From Elsinoe ampelina (Eukaryota), in contig ML992509.1 in assembly GCA_010093995.1 (NCBI GenBank), positions 289,588 to 336,783 on the forward strand: a stretch of DNA of 47,196 nt. Reading direction: 5' to 3'. Shown here one piece after another: positions 21,861 through 34,912 of the stretch (position 1 is the first letter of the stretch; each line of letters opens with the position of its first letter). Under the pieces are notes generated by a model that made no database searches, was not told the DNA's origin, and saw only the letters and a program-made list of their open reading frames with translations. Position numbers and translations under genes: made by a program.

Positions 21861-22925
21861 TGTAAATCCTTATTGTCACTGCACGTACCTTCTTTCCTGT
21901 CACTGCACATCCCTTCCTGTCACTGCACGTCCCTTCCTGTCACTACACATCTTCCCCCGTCACTGCACATCCCCCACAGTCATTACCCCCCCCCCATAGG
22001 GCGATAATCGACTTTCTCGTAAGTATCATCCATGATAGTAAGTAGCTCACCGGATTTCTTTCTCGATCTGCATAAGCTTCGTTGTGCGCTGTTCTGCTGG
22101 CGCAGCCTCGCAGCATGCAACCAAATGACTTGCCTGCAAACGTGTGTTCCCAATGCTGGCTGCCTTTCTCCCTTTCTCCGTTTTCATTCCCAAATTGTCC
22201 TGTTGCCGCGAATCTGGTCCACATCCAGTGCGGCTTATGCGTGTCCAGGCACCTACCGAATCCTCTCCATTGCAATTGAAGAGAGTCACATCGCTGAAGA
22301 CGATGCTAACACTATCGCGATCGAAGCTCATCTGCCCGCCGATAAGGAGGAGACGTATGTCGAAGCTGTTCCCGAGTGTATGCCATTGTTGTTGCTGACA
22401 TAGCTGCAGGTGTATGCAGAAACTCCAGTAGGCTAACCTCTACACTCAGCGTGGTTATCTCTGCTGACATTTGCTAGTATCTGTGTGCATATTGATCCCG
22501 CGTATGATGGAGCTGAGATCTGCAAATTTGATGTAGAAGTATGAGTTTGGATTTTCGCGATCGGATGGGACAATTCGAGATATAATAATGACCTGAATCA
22601 GCACAAATGTTCAACGGTCCCACCGGTGACGCGAACGGTGAACCCCTTGACGGCTCATTGCTTCCTTGGCTCACTGCTACCCTGGCTAACTAGCGCCCTG
22701 GCTCAAACCCCCCGATCCGACAGCGGAGGCGGGGGGCGGGGGTGAACTCCGATTTGCTGCGACGTCTGTTGAGTCTCCACTGCTATATCTCGTCTACTAA
22801 TCCCGACATTGACCTTTGACATCTCGCAGCCTTCGCACGTTCTCCGCCAAATCATTGCGGATGGCAGCGTGATGGTGCCATGAGATCGTTGGCGAGCTGT
22901 CCTGGCTCGCTGATGCAGGACCAGC

Positions 22926-24145
22926 ATGCTCAGCTTGCAGCTTCTCCGGAAAGCACCAAGGTCGCAGATAGCACGAGCAGAAGCAGTCTTCTCACCGAGC
23001 AACTCCTCATATAGCTCACATCGCTTTTACTCGCCACACTCGCGATCTGGACGACCTTCAGAGCCCAAGACGGGCACCACAACACCCATTCCGGACGAAG
23101 CTCATCCAATCCGCTCTAGCAGCATCTTCTACTTTGAAGCAGGATATGCGCTCTTCGCCAAAAGGCCGTCACGGCCGTTCCCTCCTCCTTTCCTCTCCGC
23201 ACCCTCAGCATCCTTCTCCGATCCACTTAGCACTCACAACAAATCCCGAGATCGCCGCCCGAAAGTCAACGGTGAGATGATCCGCGGGATCACGAATGGT
23301 GACGACGCAGTACTGGTCAGCGATAACTTTATCTGCGCCAACGATGGAGTAGGAGCGTGGGCCACCAAAGAGCGAGGACATGCAGCGTGGGTATAGATCG
23401 CTCGTGTAGGTCGGCAGAAGCTAACGGACACAGTCTTTGGTCACGCCTCCTTCTTCACTTCTGGGCCGTAGAAGCAGAACGCGACTCCTACGGCGGCGAT
23501 TCCGAGCCAGACCCACGGAGATACCTCGATGCAGCGTACAACGCCACGAAAGAAGCTACAGCGGCGCCCAACGAGTGGCTGGGCACATCGACGGTGAGCT
23601 CCGCCTTGCTCTCCACGACGCATAACGGCTCGCCTCGTCCAGTCGTCTACGTGACACAGCTAGGAGACAGTCAGGTCTTGGTCATCAGACCCAAGGACAA
23701 GAGCACGATATTCAAGACGACAGAGCAGTGGCACTGGTTCGACTGTCCCCGGCAGCTAGGAACCAACAGCCCTGACACACCGGAGAAGAACGCACAAGTG
23801 GACAAGATCGACGTCGAAGAGGGAGACGTGGTTCTCGCCATGAGTGACGGAGTAGTGGACAATCTCTGGGAGCACGAGGTCGTTGAGAATGTCGTACAGA
23901 GTATGGACAAATGGGAAGGTCAAGAGAAGGCCAAAGCCGAAGAGAAGGGCGAGACAGGTGAAGCGGCAGGAATGAGGTATGTCGCGCAGGAACTGGTCAA
24001 GGCAGCAAGGGTCATCGCAGAGGATCCCTTCGCGGAAAGCCCTTTCATGGAACGGGCAGTGGAGGAAGGTCTGAGTATCGAAGGGGGCAAGCTGGACGAC
24101 ATCTCCGTCGTGGCAGCCATATGCCGGCGACGAGCAGGGCAGTGA
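22926..24145 (+). CDS. PP2C-type protein phosphatase, Ptc7/Azr1 family
   Basis: TNGDDAVLV, ANDGVGAWA, intron ~23387-23433 joining HAA-LWSRL, QLGDS, QWHWFDCPRQLG, MSDGVVDNLW, GGKLDDISVV; Arg/Ser-rich presequence-like N-terminus. Confidence 0.9.
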
Positions 24146-24304
24146 GGCCCAAATGTACTACTGGGCAGGGCAAACGGCGACCGGCGTTGTATCAAGCGTC
24201 TGCATTTCCAGCATAACAGTCATGTCTCATGAATCTCTTTCCCTTCCCTCCCTCCTCTCCCCCTCTCCCTCCCTCCTCTCCCCCTCTCCCTCCTGCCCTT
24301 GCCC

Positions 24305-24919
24305 CTACGCCGGCCTCCTCCTCACAAACTCCTCCAAGTCCTCCCTCGTCGCCACGCCCAACACAAACCTCCTCCCCGCATCCGTCACCACCGCAAACTC
24401 CTGCCTGCCCGTCCCATCCGTGCCCTCGAAAAACGCCTCGAGCTCCTCGAGCGGCGTATCCATGCTGATGACTTTATACTTTCTCGCTTTCCGCTGGAAC
24501 CTCGTCATCGCCGCCTCGACCGCGTCGGACTCGCGCGCCTTGCCGTCTTTGAGCAGCTCTTTCAGGCGCGGGATGGAGAGGTAGCCGAGCAGGGCGCGGT
24601 CCGAGGGGGAGATGACGGTCAGGTGGGTGTAGTCGCGCTCGAAGGCGGTCATGAGGGCGTGGGAGATGGGGGAGGTGGGGGAGACGGAGAGGGCCGGGGG
24701 TGGGTCGAGGTCTTCTACTGTCGCCTGAGAGGGCAGGGGTTAGTGGGATGGGAGGATCGAGGAGGGGGTGGAGCGTGATTGAGGGAGGGAGGGGGTGGAG
24801 GGGCCATAGTGGGGGAGGGGAGGACGTACCCCGCGGTACTTTTTGGCCCATTCGGAGATTTGGTCTTCTGGGCGCGCGGAGGGGGCATTGTCCTGGGGAG
24901 GTATAGAAGAGTTGGACAT
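24305..24919 (-). CDS. Small CBS-domain protein
   Basis: Exon 24919-24830 (..WAKKYRG), intron 24829-24725, exon ATVEDLDPPPALSV..AFERDYTHLTV..FAVVTDAGRRFVLGVATREDLEEFVRRRPA*. Confidence 0.85.
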
Positions 24920-26427
24920 TGGAGCGCTGACAGAGCGGTAGGAATGTGGATTGGCTGCGATGTGAGCTTGCTGTTTGGTGAGATATGCTCCAAAGTCAAG
25001 ATTTTTTTTCCCGGTGGTGCTTCGCGAGCTTCGGAAATCGACCTGCTGGCGTTCATGCTAGATGCCGCACCCCACCACTATCCGTGATGGCATGATGCCT
25101 GGAGCATTAATCACAGTACAAAGGCACAGTCAAATACAAATCGCATCACGATCTTCGCATTCGCAGACTTCACGACCAACTAACATGCACACGACTACCA
25201 ACTGCTCGATTGCAGAAGTTAAGAGCACCAGTTGTTTCTATGAAGACCTCAGCGTTCCCACGTCTACGCTATGGTTTCGTGGTCACTCAGCTCTCCGTAG
25301 GCTCGATTTATTCGTGACAGGAGTGATCAATGCGTGCGCTTACCTGTGCCGAACAGACCGCCCCCTCTTCCAGTATAAGGGTGTGCTCTTGCCGTGATAT
25401 ATCGCGCTTTGGAGGTTGCCTGGAATATCAAAGTGTTCCTGCCGTTTGCACCCAAAGCATGAGACCGCTCCTACCATATCAGGTATTCAACTACCTCGCC
25501 CCTGCTCTGCTTTGCAGCTGCCGTGTGAGCGTTTAGCATAGTACAGGTTCGTGAACAAACTCCGTTATCTGGTCCATCCTCTTCCTCAATCGTCTACTCC
25601 ATCTTCGCCATATCTCTCCCTTTCCCCCATCGTACACTCATTACCATTCATCGCCCACGGCCACAACGATGACGGCTGCTCCACACGGGGTGCGCCTAGA
25701 CCCTGTCGACACCTTGTGGCCTCAGATGCCAACAGCTTCGTGATCAAGTCATCCTCCTGAGTCGAAAGACGATGGAGAAACGACAGTATTTGAGGGTAGT
25801 CAACGCAAGCATCTCATATTCGCTGCGATTATCGGGGTCGGGTTCTTCCCTTATGGGCTCATCTTTCCGCACTCACTTAGTCAATGAGTAATAAAATGAA
25901 TTTTCCGCAGGTTTTTGATCCACTCATCGTCGGCAATTTCGAGGCCACGTATCTCGCAACAATCGACTTACTTTAGATAGCTTACCTTTCAAAAATGCAT
26001 ATCTGTCCTCATCTTCACGAATTGTCTGCCTTTCGTTATGTTGATTGTTGGGAGGGATGCTCTTGGGATTGAGACTTGAGGATGAAGCATGAGTGTTGGA
26101 GTGAAAGCCATTAATTAAGTCAGTGGCTGATCCTTGCCCCGCATGTTGAGCCGCATTGGTCATTGGCCCAAGCTCCAGCTCCTTCCTGGCCCTGTTCCCT
26201 TGATCGTAGGAAGCTGTTGCTATCGCCCTCTGCTCCCGCTATCTCCGCTGTAAGCAAGTTTGTGCCATCTCGCTCCCTTCGTTACTTGCTGTGACGTTGG
26301 GTTTTCTCCGCCCTTGGTAAGTGTTGGCCCTTCTCTCACCTCACGAGCAATTCCTTGAAGCCCGTGATCCGCGCATTGAAGAGCCTCTCATTGCTCAATC
26401 GGCGGTATACTCAGGCATACCTCAGCC

Positions 26428-27774
26428 ATGCCGTCCCTCTTCCCAGGGCTGGACGCTCTCAGCAGCACCTTTGGCGCAAGTTCACCGTTGAACTTCATAC
26501 AAAAGCCGGTACAACAGAGCAAAACCTCGACCACTTTCAGTCGCACAGACATCTTCCAGACATGGAGCGTAGCAGACGACGCAAAGGCCAAGGCTCAGGA
26601 GGTCGGTGAGGTCGTCGTCAAGGACTACCAGAAGGCGAGCGCAGCAGCCCAGGCAAAAGCCGGCAACATTGAGCTGTACTCTGCCAAGTACTACGCCGCA
26701 TGCACCTTTGGTGGTCTCCTCGCCTGTGTAAGTACGCTTCCCTAGGCCACTCGACAGCAGCTGATGTGTTCAGGGCGTGACCCATTGGGCGGTCACTCCA
26801 CTCGATCTTGTCAAGTGTAGAAGGCAGGTCGACTCGAAGCTGTACAAGGGCAACTTTGAAGCATGGGGTAAGATTAGGGCAGCCGAGGGCGTCAGGGGCA
26901 TCTACACCGGTGGCTCACCAACATTCTTCGGGTATTCGGTATGTTTGTCCCATTTGCTCCATCAGGTGAGCAAATCGCTTTGAGCAAACCACTAAGATCA
27001 GTACCAGGCCCAAGGAGCCTTCAAGTATGGCTTTTACGAGTTCTTCAAGAAGACATACTCCGACCTGGCTGGGGAGAAAGCCGCCGCCCAGTATAAGACA
27101 GGTCTCTACCTCGCCGCATCTGCCTCCGCCGAATTCATTGCCGACATCGCTCTCTGCCCTCTCGAAGCCGTCAAAGTCCGCATGCAGACCACCATGCCTC
27201 CCTTTGCGAATGGAACGCTTGATGGTATCCGCAAAATCACATCTACAGAAGGTGTCGCCGGGTAAGCAAAGATTTGCTCACATCTCTTATACCATTTTTC
27301 TCATTTTCTCCTTCAATACTGATTGTTTTTAGACTCTACAAAAGCCTGTACCCTCTCTGGGGCCGTCAAGTGCCCTATACGATGATGAAGTTTGCCTCCT
27401 TCGAAGTTATTGTTGAGAAAATCTATGATCGTCTCCCTGGTAGCAAATCAGACTATGGCAAGGGGGCCCAAACCGCCGTAGCATTCTCTGGAGGCTATCT
27501 CGCCGGTATCCTCTGTGCTATTGTCTCTCATCCAGCCGATGTCATGGTCAGCAAGCTCAATGCAGGCCGCAAACCTGGTGAGGCATTCGGCGCTGCCATG
27601 GGTAGGATCTACAAGGACATTGGTTTCGGTGGTCTCTGGAACGGTCTACCAGTCAGAATTGTCATGATCGGTACGCTCACTGGTCTTCAATGGATGATCT
27701 ACGACTCATTCAAGATCTTCATGGGTCTGCCGACGACTGGTGGTGCTGCACCACCAGAGGAAAAGAAGGCTTGA
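26428..27774 (+). CDS. Mitochondrial phosphate carrier (SLC25A3 family, Pic2-like), 4 coding exons
   Basis: Carrier signatures [50 protein letters not shown]; introns ~26728-26773, 26939-27007, 27262-27331. Confidence 0.93.
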
Positions 27775-28053
27775 AGATGAAGTTGATGAGGATGGCTGTA
27801 CGATATGCCGGACGACGAGAAGGCCTGCGATCTCGACTCATGGGGAGTGTAGTAAATGTAGCAGGTCCACAGAGCTATGCCCGCATTTGCTACTGCTCCA
27901 AAGGTATGCTTACAGAAGTTGAACCGTGATCCTACGCAGGTCATCACGCTTGACATACTCCACCAGCCGACCACGGCAAGTGCATTTCAACAGCAACGAT
28001 TCGATGTACTGCTCCCTGAAACACATCGATTTGCTCACACCCTATCACCTCTC

Positions 28054-29329
28054 CTAATAACTACTCTGATCATTCCAATACAGCGTCCCACTCTGCACCT
28101 GCCTTCCCGTGTTCAAAAACTCCCACCCAAACTTGATCTTCAAGTACTGCATGAGGTGCATCGCTACCTTGGCCGCCCCAAAATCCGTGGGATGATACTG
28201 CGGCCCCACATCATTATGATTGAGTATGCCCTTTGTATCAAACAAATGCACGAACCCCGCATCCTTGTAATGCTCCCCTACAGCCTGAATCTCCTCCACG
28301 AACCCGGCCGACGCACCATACCCGGTACCAGATTGGTAGAAGAAGAAATTGAGCGTGAGAAACACGACTTGGGCATCGGGCCAGGTGGAGTGTACGCCGT
28401 CGATGAGCCGGATGTACGAGGCCATAAACTCGGACGAGCTGACGTTGTTTGCCGTGTTGTTGTCGTTTGTGCCGATGTTGATCAGGACAATGTCGGCGGC
28501 CGGGTGCGAGGCAAAGTCCCATTCTTCGGGCGAGTCGCCCCAGATTTGCGAGGCGCGGTAGGACGTGTCGCTCGTGCGGAACCATTGGTAGGTTTGGCCG
28601 TGGGGGTTGCCCCAGCAGTTTTTGTCGGTGAGGCAGATGCCGGGGTAGGCCTGGGAGTGGTCAGAGGAGGGGGAGGGGGGGAGGGAGGGGGAAAGAGGGG
28701 CGAACGCTGATGGTGTATTCTGTTTGGCCGAGGCCTTCGGAGAGGCCCCATGCCCAGGACGAGACGCCTTCGTAGGTCTGGTATTGTCCGGCTGTGAGGG
28801 AGTCGCCGATGATCTCGAGGCGGCGGGGGAAGTCCGGGACTTTGATCAGGGAGGCGTCGTTGGAGACGCTGATGCCGTCGAGCTGCACGCCGTAGGCCCA
28901 GTTTGTGACGCGGAGTTCGAAGGTGAGGGTTTCACCTGGTGCGGTGAGGTTGACGCCGTAGGTCGCTGGGGAGACGAATTGGTAGGTAGCGTTGGCTGTG
29001 ACGTTGGAGAATTGCCAGTCTAGGTCACCGATTCTGTAGGCGACGAGCACGCCGGGGCTGGTGTATTGTCCGAAGCTCAAGGCAAGGTTGCTACCAGTGA
29101 AGCCGAATTTGAGGCCAGGGGCTGACCACCAGGAGACGTACTTGCTGTCCCATCGACCCTTGTAGGAGATCTCGGTGGCGTCTGGACCGTATGACTTCCA
29201 GATGTCGCTGCCATTGTTGCTCACCAGCGTTGCTTGTCCAGGGTAAGGGTTCTCTCGAGGCCTGCCGTTCTCAAGGACAGTGGCTGATGCCAGGGGTAGC
29301 AGAGCGAATAACGACGATAGAAGCTTCAT
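28054..29329 (-). CDS. Secreted SGNH/GDSL esterase (CE2-like acetyl esterase)
   Basis: Signal peptide MKLLSSLFALLPLASA; IIGDSLTAG (block I), intron 28705-28651, AYPGICL, INIGTND (block III), YHPTDFG (block V). Confidence 0.88.
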
Positions 29330-30046
29330 CCCGAGTGCTTGTGATGAACCAAGAGATACTTCGCAAGGCAGAGACAGGGACCAAGTTATATATTCTTGCC
29401 TCTTGTACCTACAGACTTCACGCTACCATGCCGGACACATGGAGAAAGAGCAGATCTTCCGCAATATCGCAATCAAACCATCCACTCACGGTAGTACGGC
29501 ATACCTACTTCCCTCACCAAACAGCATGTATCCATGACCCTTTTTGATGTAAAAATCCACAAACCGCAGCCGTCAAGGGGGTCCGCAGTCCGCACACTCC
29601 GCACTCTTCGGGAAGGTGACCCGTGACTTCTGGTGAGGTCGTTCCGTGTCGCATCCGGCATAGATCAGAAACCCTTCGACCTTGAAAAGACTTGAAGAAG
29701 AACGACACCGGTGCACGGGTGATCCGCGGACATGCAGAGACGGAGAGAGATTTTTATTTCCCTTCGCCAATGCATGTGGCACGTGGCTGGCCTGACCTCT
29801 GTGGCTGAAAAATTTCCGTGCTCGACCAAAAGACTCGGCTGACATCATGGGCTGGCTGCTGGCTGCTGGCGGTGGGATGGATGGTACGTAAGGTAGGGCC
29901 AGGGAAAGAGCAAAGAATTTGTCCTGCGCGTGAGCAATCAAAAGATAAGGTCTGGGTCTTTATAACTTGGTTGTCTCTCCTCGTCACTACGCGCAACCCA
30001 CACTCCAACCACCTCACCTCCCACCATTCAAACAAACCAATTGAAC

Positions 30047-30542
30047 ATGTCTGACGGCATCCACTCCACTGGCCGCGGCGGTAAGCCCCCCCCCACCCTC
30101 CTTTTCCAGCCCACTTCCTAACCCCCCTCCCACAGGCGCAGGCAACATCGGCCTCGACAACAACTCCTCCTACGCCGACGGCGGCATCGTCCACGAAGGC
30201 GTCTACGGCGAGTCCAAGAACCCGGAATACAGCGCGGGCCGCGGCGGCGCAGGCAACATCGGAAAGTCACCCAACCTTCGCCCGGCCGATGGCGCCTCCA
30301 GCGCCCCCAGCGCCCCGAGACTCGATGACGATATCGTGCCCGAGACGGCGGTGAAGCCGCAGGATCAAGGGGCGTATCACACTGGTCGTGGGGGCCAGGG
30401 GAACGCGCATCATGCTACTTCGTCTGCTGCTGCGGGGACGACTGGAGCGGCGGGGGCTACTGCCGAGGCGCCCAAGCAGAAGGAGAGTCTGTTGCACAAG
30501 GTGCAGGATAAGGCGAAGGGGTTGTTGCATAAGGATAAGTAG
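30047..30542 (+). CDS. DUF3602-type protein with GRGGxGN repeats (Par32-like motif)
   Basis: ATG 30047 MSDGIHSTGRGG, intron 30081-30135, then AGNIG..SAGRGGAGNIG..HTGRGGQGN..KGLLHKDK*. Confidence 0.85.
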
Positions 30543-30698
30543 GGGAGGTAGGGAATGGGACGAGAGAAGAAATGATACCCTGGTGGGAAGAGATGTGGTA
30601 ATGAGGATGAGAATTGGTAGATGATACTGAATGATTAGAATGTCTTGCGATTCATGATGTGAGTCTACGTAGTGAAGCCAACCGTCTATATCCTGGTA

Positions 30699-32240
30699 TC
30701 AAACGCCTTTGGATGTCCCTGGAACGCCGTCATTCCTGCTCTTAACCTTGGTCCACCCCTTGGTACCTTCGCCTTGACCGGGCTTGTCTCTAGCCTTGCC
30801 CTTGTCGCACTCAAGGTCACCGTTACCGTGCCCGTCATCAGTCATTGCAGTCGTCATGTAGCTCACTCCCATCCTGCTCGCTCCACCGGCATGCAGACTC
30901 CATCGCGCTCCGCCGACCAAGACCGCCCTCTCGTCGTCACGATCTTCCTCCCACTCCTTCTCGTCGAGCATCTCCCACTCCGCCCCAGACATTTCGGTAA
31001 GAAGATGACTCTTCAGCTTGTCCTGTATCCGAGCAAGACTTGGTAGATCCCACTTCTGCATGATGCTGTTTGCTTTGGCGCCATTGAGATCAGCTTGAGC
31101 CGAAGCGTGAGAAAACTCGCCGAAGAGTAGTCGAGGCTGGACGGCTTCATCTGTATCGGGCTTCAGATCATGGTGTTCGCCAAAGTAGAGCTCGTATAGA
31201 TTCTTTCCGATGTTGCAGAGCCTCTCCCATGTGTCAATGTGAAAGAGACCTTGCGATCTACAGAGCCAAGCGATGTTATAAGCGAGCAAGACCATACCCT
31301 CGACAAAGTTGTTGTAGATGACCGGATCCTCTTTGGCAAGCAGGGGCAAAGGCTTCGATACAAAGAGGTGGCGAGTCTTGCCGTCGCGCAATCTGTTGTA
31401 TGAAGACGATAAGGAAAAGATGGTCGGATTAGGTTGTCCAGCGTGAGGCGGGTGGAGCTCCGCAGGCAGACGTATCGCGAGGTAGTGCGCTGAGGTGACA
31501 AGGAGCCGCGAGATTTGCGCAAGAGATGCGTTGACAACATCTGGATGAATCGCTAGGTGGGTCAGCACATGATACCGCTACGTTTCAAACTCGTGCTCAC
31601 TGTTAAGTTCTCGCAGATCTGGTATAGATATCCCGCCGATCATGTACCTGTCGTCGGAGATTGTCCCGTCCCTCCTTCGTCGCCGCTTGAGATTTAGGCC
31701 CGCTAGCAGCGCTGTCTCCATGCAGAGTTTCTGGCGTCCTTCCATGGTATGCTTCTGTACTTTTGCCAGCCGGTTGTTCAAGCGCTTGCTCTCGGAAAGG
31801 GCCAACTCAGATTGCGTGATGTGATCCGTCTGCAGCTTCTTCCTCGCAAGAGATACACGCTGTTTTCCCTGCTCTTGCTCTCGTCTGCGCGCCGCATTGT
31901 GTTTCTTCGCTTGCGCTATCTGCGACTTGAGAAGTTGCTGCTGTTCGCGAATGACTTCTAGACGTGATTCGACGGCTCGGACTTGATTGCGTTGTTGTTC
32001 AACTTCTAGCTTCCTCGATGCTTCGGTGAGATCCACGATTTGCGAGGTAGAAGATATGTCGGACGATCCCAACTGGGACGGTGGCTTGAGAACTGTCTGG
32101 ATCTGTTTCTGCAGCTTCTCTCGATCAAGCAGCGCGCCGACTTGCTCGAATCGGGGTGTGTACAGGGAAGCCCGTACACATGACGGGCAATTTGGTTGTC
32201 TTTGCTTGCCGAATCGCTTCGAGCAGATGCCGCACTCCAT
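30699..32240 (-). CDS. Atg14/Vps38(UVRAG)-family PI3K complex subunit
   Basis: N-terminal CxxC..CxxC (MECGICSK..CPSC), long coiled coil, intron ~31601-31553, HYLAIRLPAEL and EGMVLLAYNIAWLCRSQG motifs. Confidence 0.82.
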
Positions 32241-32617
32241 GGCTATGAAATGTTCTTCGGATCGATGCCTTGTCGGTCCTGCCGAGGAAGCGCGTTCAGT
32301 CGCATGCTTGGTGTAGTCGATGCGATGAACGAGGACGACCAAGAATTATTGCTTTTGTAAGAATCCAGAAAGTATGCAGGAAATCATGCCTGAGGTTGAT
32401 GTTGAGTCGAACGCAGGCATCACATGCGAGTGATTAAGAAATGACGCCACGTCACGTGGAAGCGTGTCAGGTGGGGGGGTTACAGAACGCGAAACTTCAT
32501 GATTTCTCCACCACATTGCATCACATCTTTGTGCTTAGCACACGCAACCAAGACTCGCCTGCCGGGGACTACTCTTGATCAGCCTCCGTGTGCTCCGTGA
32601 TCGACTGGCCTCTCATA

Positions 32618-33088
32618 ATGAGTGCCGAAGAATCACAGCCCGCTGAAGGCCAGTTCAGTGCACCTCAGAAGGCAGTGAGCACCAATGAAATAACATACCA
32701 AGACGATATCAGTGCCGAAGAAGACGCGATAGACGACGCGAAACCAGAAGATCCCTTGCCGGACTACGACTGGAAATTACTAGAGGAACAGCTTATGCGT
32801 GAAATGCACGCGAAGGACAGGGAAATGAGCATAGCGTACGAAGAATGGGCAGACCTCACCAGCGTACTTACATCTTCTGGACTCATTTATACCTGCTCAC
32901 ACTCGTAGTTTTTCTCCAGGTGGTATGACATCGGGAACAGCCTCGAGAATAATCGTACACGCAAGAGACACAAGACACAGCAACTTTATGTCAGACACGA
33001 GGAGGAGAGCCTCGAGGAACTCCGCGAAGGCTACGTCAAGGTTATGAGCGCTTTTGAGTCTGCAATGGAGATGCTGAATAGAGGGTGA
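32618..33088 (+). CDS. Small acidic/coiled-coil hypothetical protein, two exons
   Basis: Exon 1 MSAEESQ..PDYDWKLLEEQL..EEWADLTS, intron ~32864-32908, exon 2 FFSRWYD..KRHKTQQLYVRHEEESLEELREGYVKVMSAFESAMEMLNRG*. Confidence 0.7.
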
Positions 33089-33380
33089 TAGTCCCTCCGT
33101 CATAAGAACGATGTCACATGGTCCCAGACGCAGCGCGGGCTCGCGTCTATCCTATGGAGTTGGTGGGAAATGGTCAGACGAGTAATGACCCGAGCATAAA
33201 CGGCATGCAACATAAGATACCCATTTGCTTTGTGACAAAGATAGCATGATGAATCAATGAGCTTCTACATTTCAAGAAGGTCTCTATCCAGATCTATATG
33301 CTCGCCAAGGTATCACCGACTTCGTACCGCGCTAAACAAGATCAGATTCCAAAGATGTCAAGATGCGTCAGGAGATGCAC

Positions 33381-34504
33381 CTACAGCAGAGGATTCGATC
33401 TGTACTCGGGTACATCTCCATTCGTCTTGCCCTTCTTGGCCTCGGTCTCTTTCTCGAGGTTTGACTCTTCGGGTCCATCTTCCCGTTCGACGAGATACTT
33501 CTCCGCTTCGAGAGCAGCTATACATCCGGAACCTGTTGTTGTTAGCCTGTGGGCGCTGATAGGGTATACCTGCTACACTTACCTGCGCTGGTGATAGCCT
33601 GCCGGTACTTCTTGTCTTGCACATCTCCCGCGGCAAAGACACCTTCAATGTTTGTGTGCGTATTGCCCGGATTTGTGATGAGGTAGCCTTCGTCGTCCAT
33701 GTCCAGTTGTCCCTTGAACAAATGCGTCGCGGGCTCATGTCCAACAGCGTAGAACAGTCCGTTCGCCGGAATCTCTTCCTCCTCGCCCGTCTTGCTGTTC
33801 TTGATCTTCAGCCCGGTCATCAGTCCCCGCTCCTTCTCCTCTCCTGTGATCTGTGTTGCTTGTGTGTTGTACCTGATCTCGACCTTCGGGTGGCTCATCA
33901 ACCTCTTAGCATTGGCTTTGCTCGCCCTGAGTACGTCCCTCCTGACCAGTACGGTGACCTTCTTCGCCTTCTTCGTCAAGTAGATCGCCTCCTCCACGGC
34001 ACTATCTCCACCTCCGATGACGACAAGCGGCTTCTCCCTAAAAATTGGCAGACTCCCGTCACAGACCGCGCACGCACTAACACCATTGCCCCAGAACTTC
34101 TCCTCCCCATCCAGTCCCAATCTCCTTGCCTTCGCTCCAGTAGCAATGATGATCGCATCCGCCGTGTGCTCCTCTTCCTCCAAAGTCTCCTCGTCTCCCA
34201 TCGGATGCAGCCAATACTTGAACGGCCGGCTCTTCAGGTCCACCTTACCCACAGTCTGCGACACGATCTCCGTCCCACACGCCTCCGACTGCGCCCTCAT
34301 CTGGTCCATAAGCTCTGCGCCCTGGATCTTCTTGAAACCAGGGTAGTTCTCCACCTCGTCTGTCGTGGTGAGCTGTCCACCAGCAGCGATGCCGAGAGCG
34401 AGGAAACCTTCATAAAGCACAGGCGAGAGGTCTGCGCGGGCGGCGTAGATGGCTGCCGTGTGCCCTGCTGGGCCAGAGCCAATGATGACAACCTTGGAGT
34501 GCAT
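33381..34504 (-). CDS. TRR1: Thioredoxin reductase (low-MW type); possible GUG-initiated N-terminal extension from 34663
   Basis: MHSKVVIIGSGPAGHTAA, redox CAVC, GGGDSAVEEA, GDVQDKKYRQAITSAG, intron ~33582-33533, last exon SGCIAALEAEKYL..SNPLL*. Confidence 0.97.
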
Positions 34505-34912
34505 CTTGCGGGTCGAGAGGGAGGCGGTGGTGGGCGGGAGGAAGTAGGATGCGAATGGGTGCGGGGCGGGGTTGGGTTTGTAGAAAGCTGCTGCTGCGAA
34601 GGGGAGGGCGAAGGAGGATTTGAGTGCTGTAGTGCCGAAGCGGCGGAAGGGTGAGGAGAACACTTTGACGGTGGTGGGGATAAGGGTGGGAGGAATTGGT
34701 ATGGAAGTGTAGAGGTGGGGATAAGTTTCTTATGAATCACGAGAGAAATAACTCGAATTAGAGTTGCTGGTTGCTTGCGCGATGTGCTGATGACATAATA
34801 ATCTTCGGATTCTAGAATTGTACGGCTAGATTAAGCTTTGTACAAAGTGGGGCATTGCGGTTCCTGAGATTTTATGCGCCGAGGCTATGCTTGATCTTGT
34901 GCATGCTACTTA

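Noticed and set aside
20831..22007. Long ORFs (344/340 aa) across the minisatellites
   Set aside because: Open only because the C-rich repeats lack stops in all three frames; they span an N gap.
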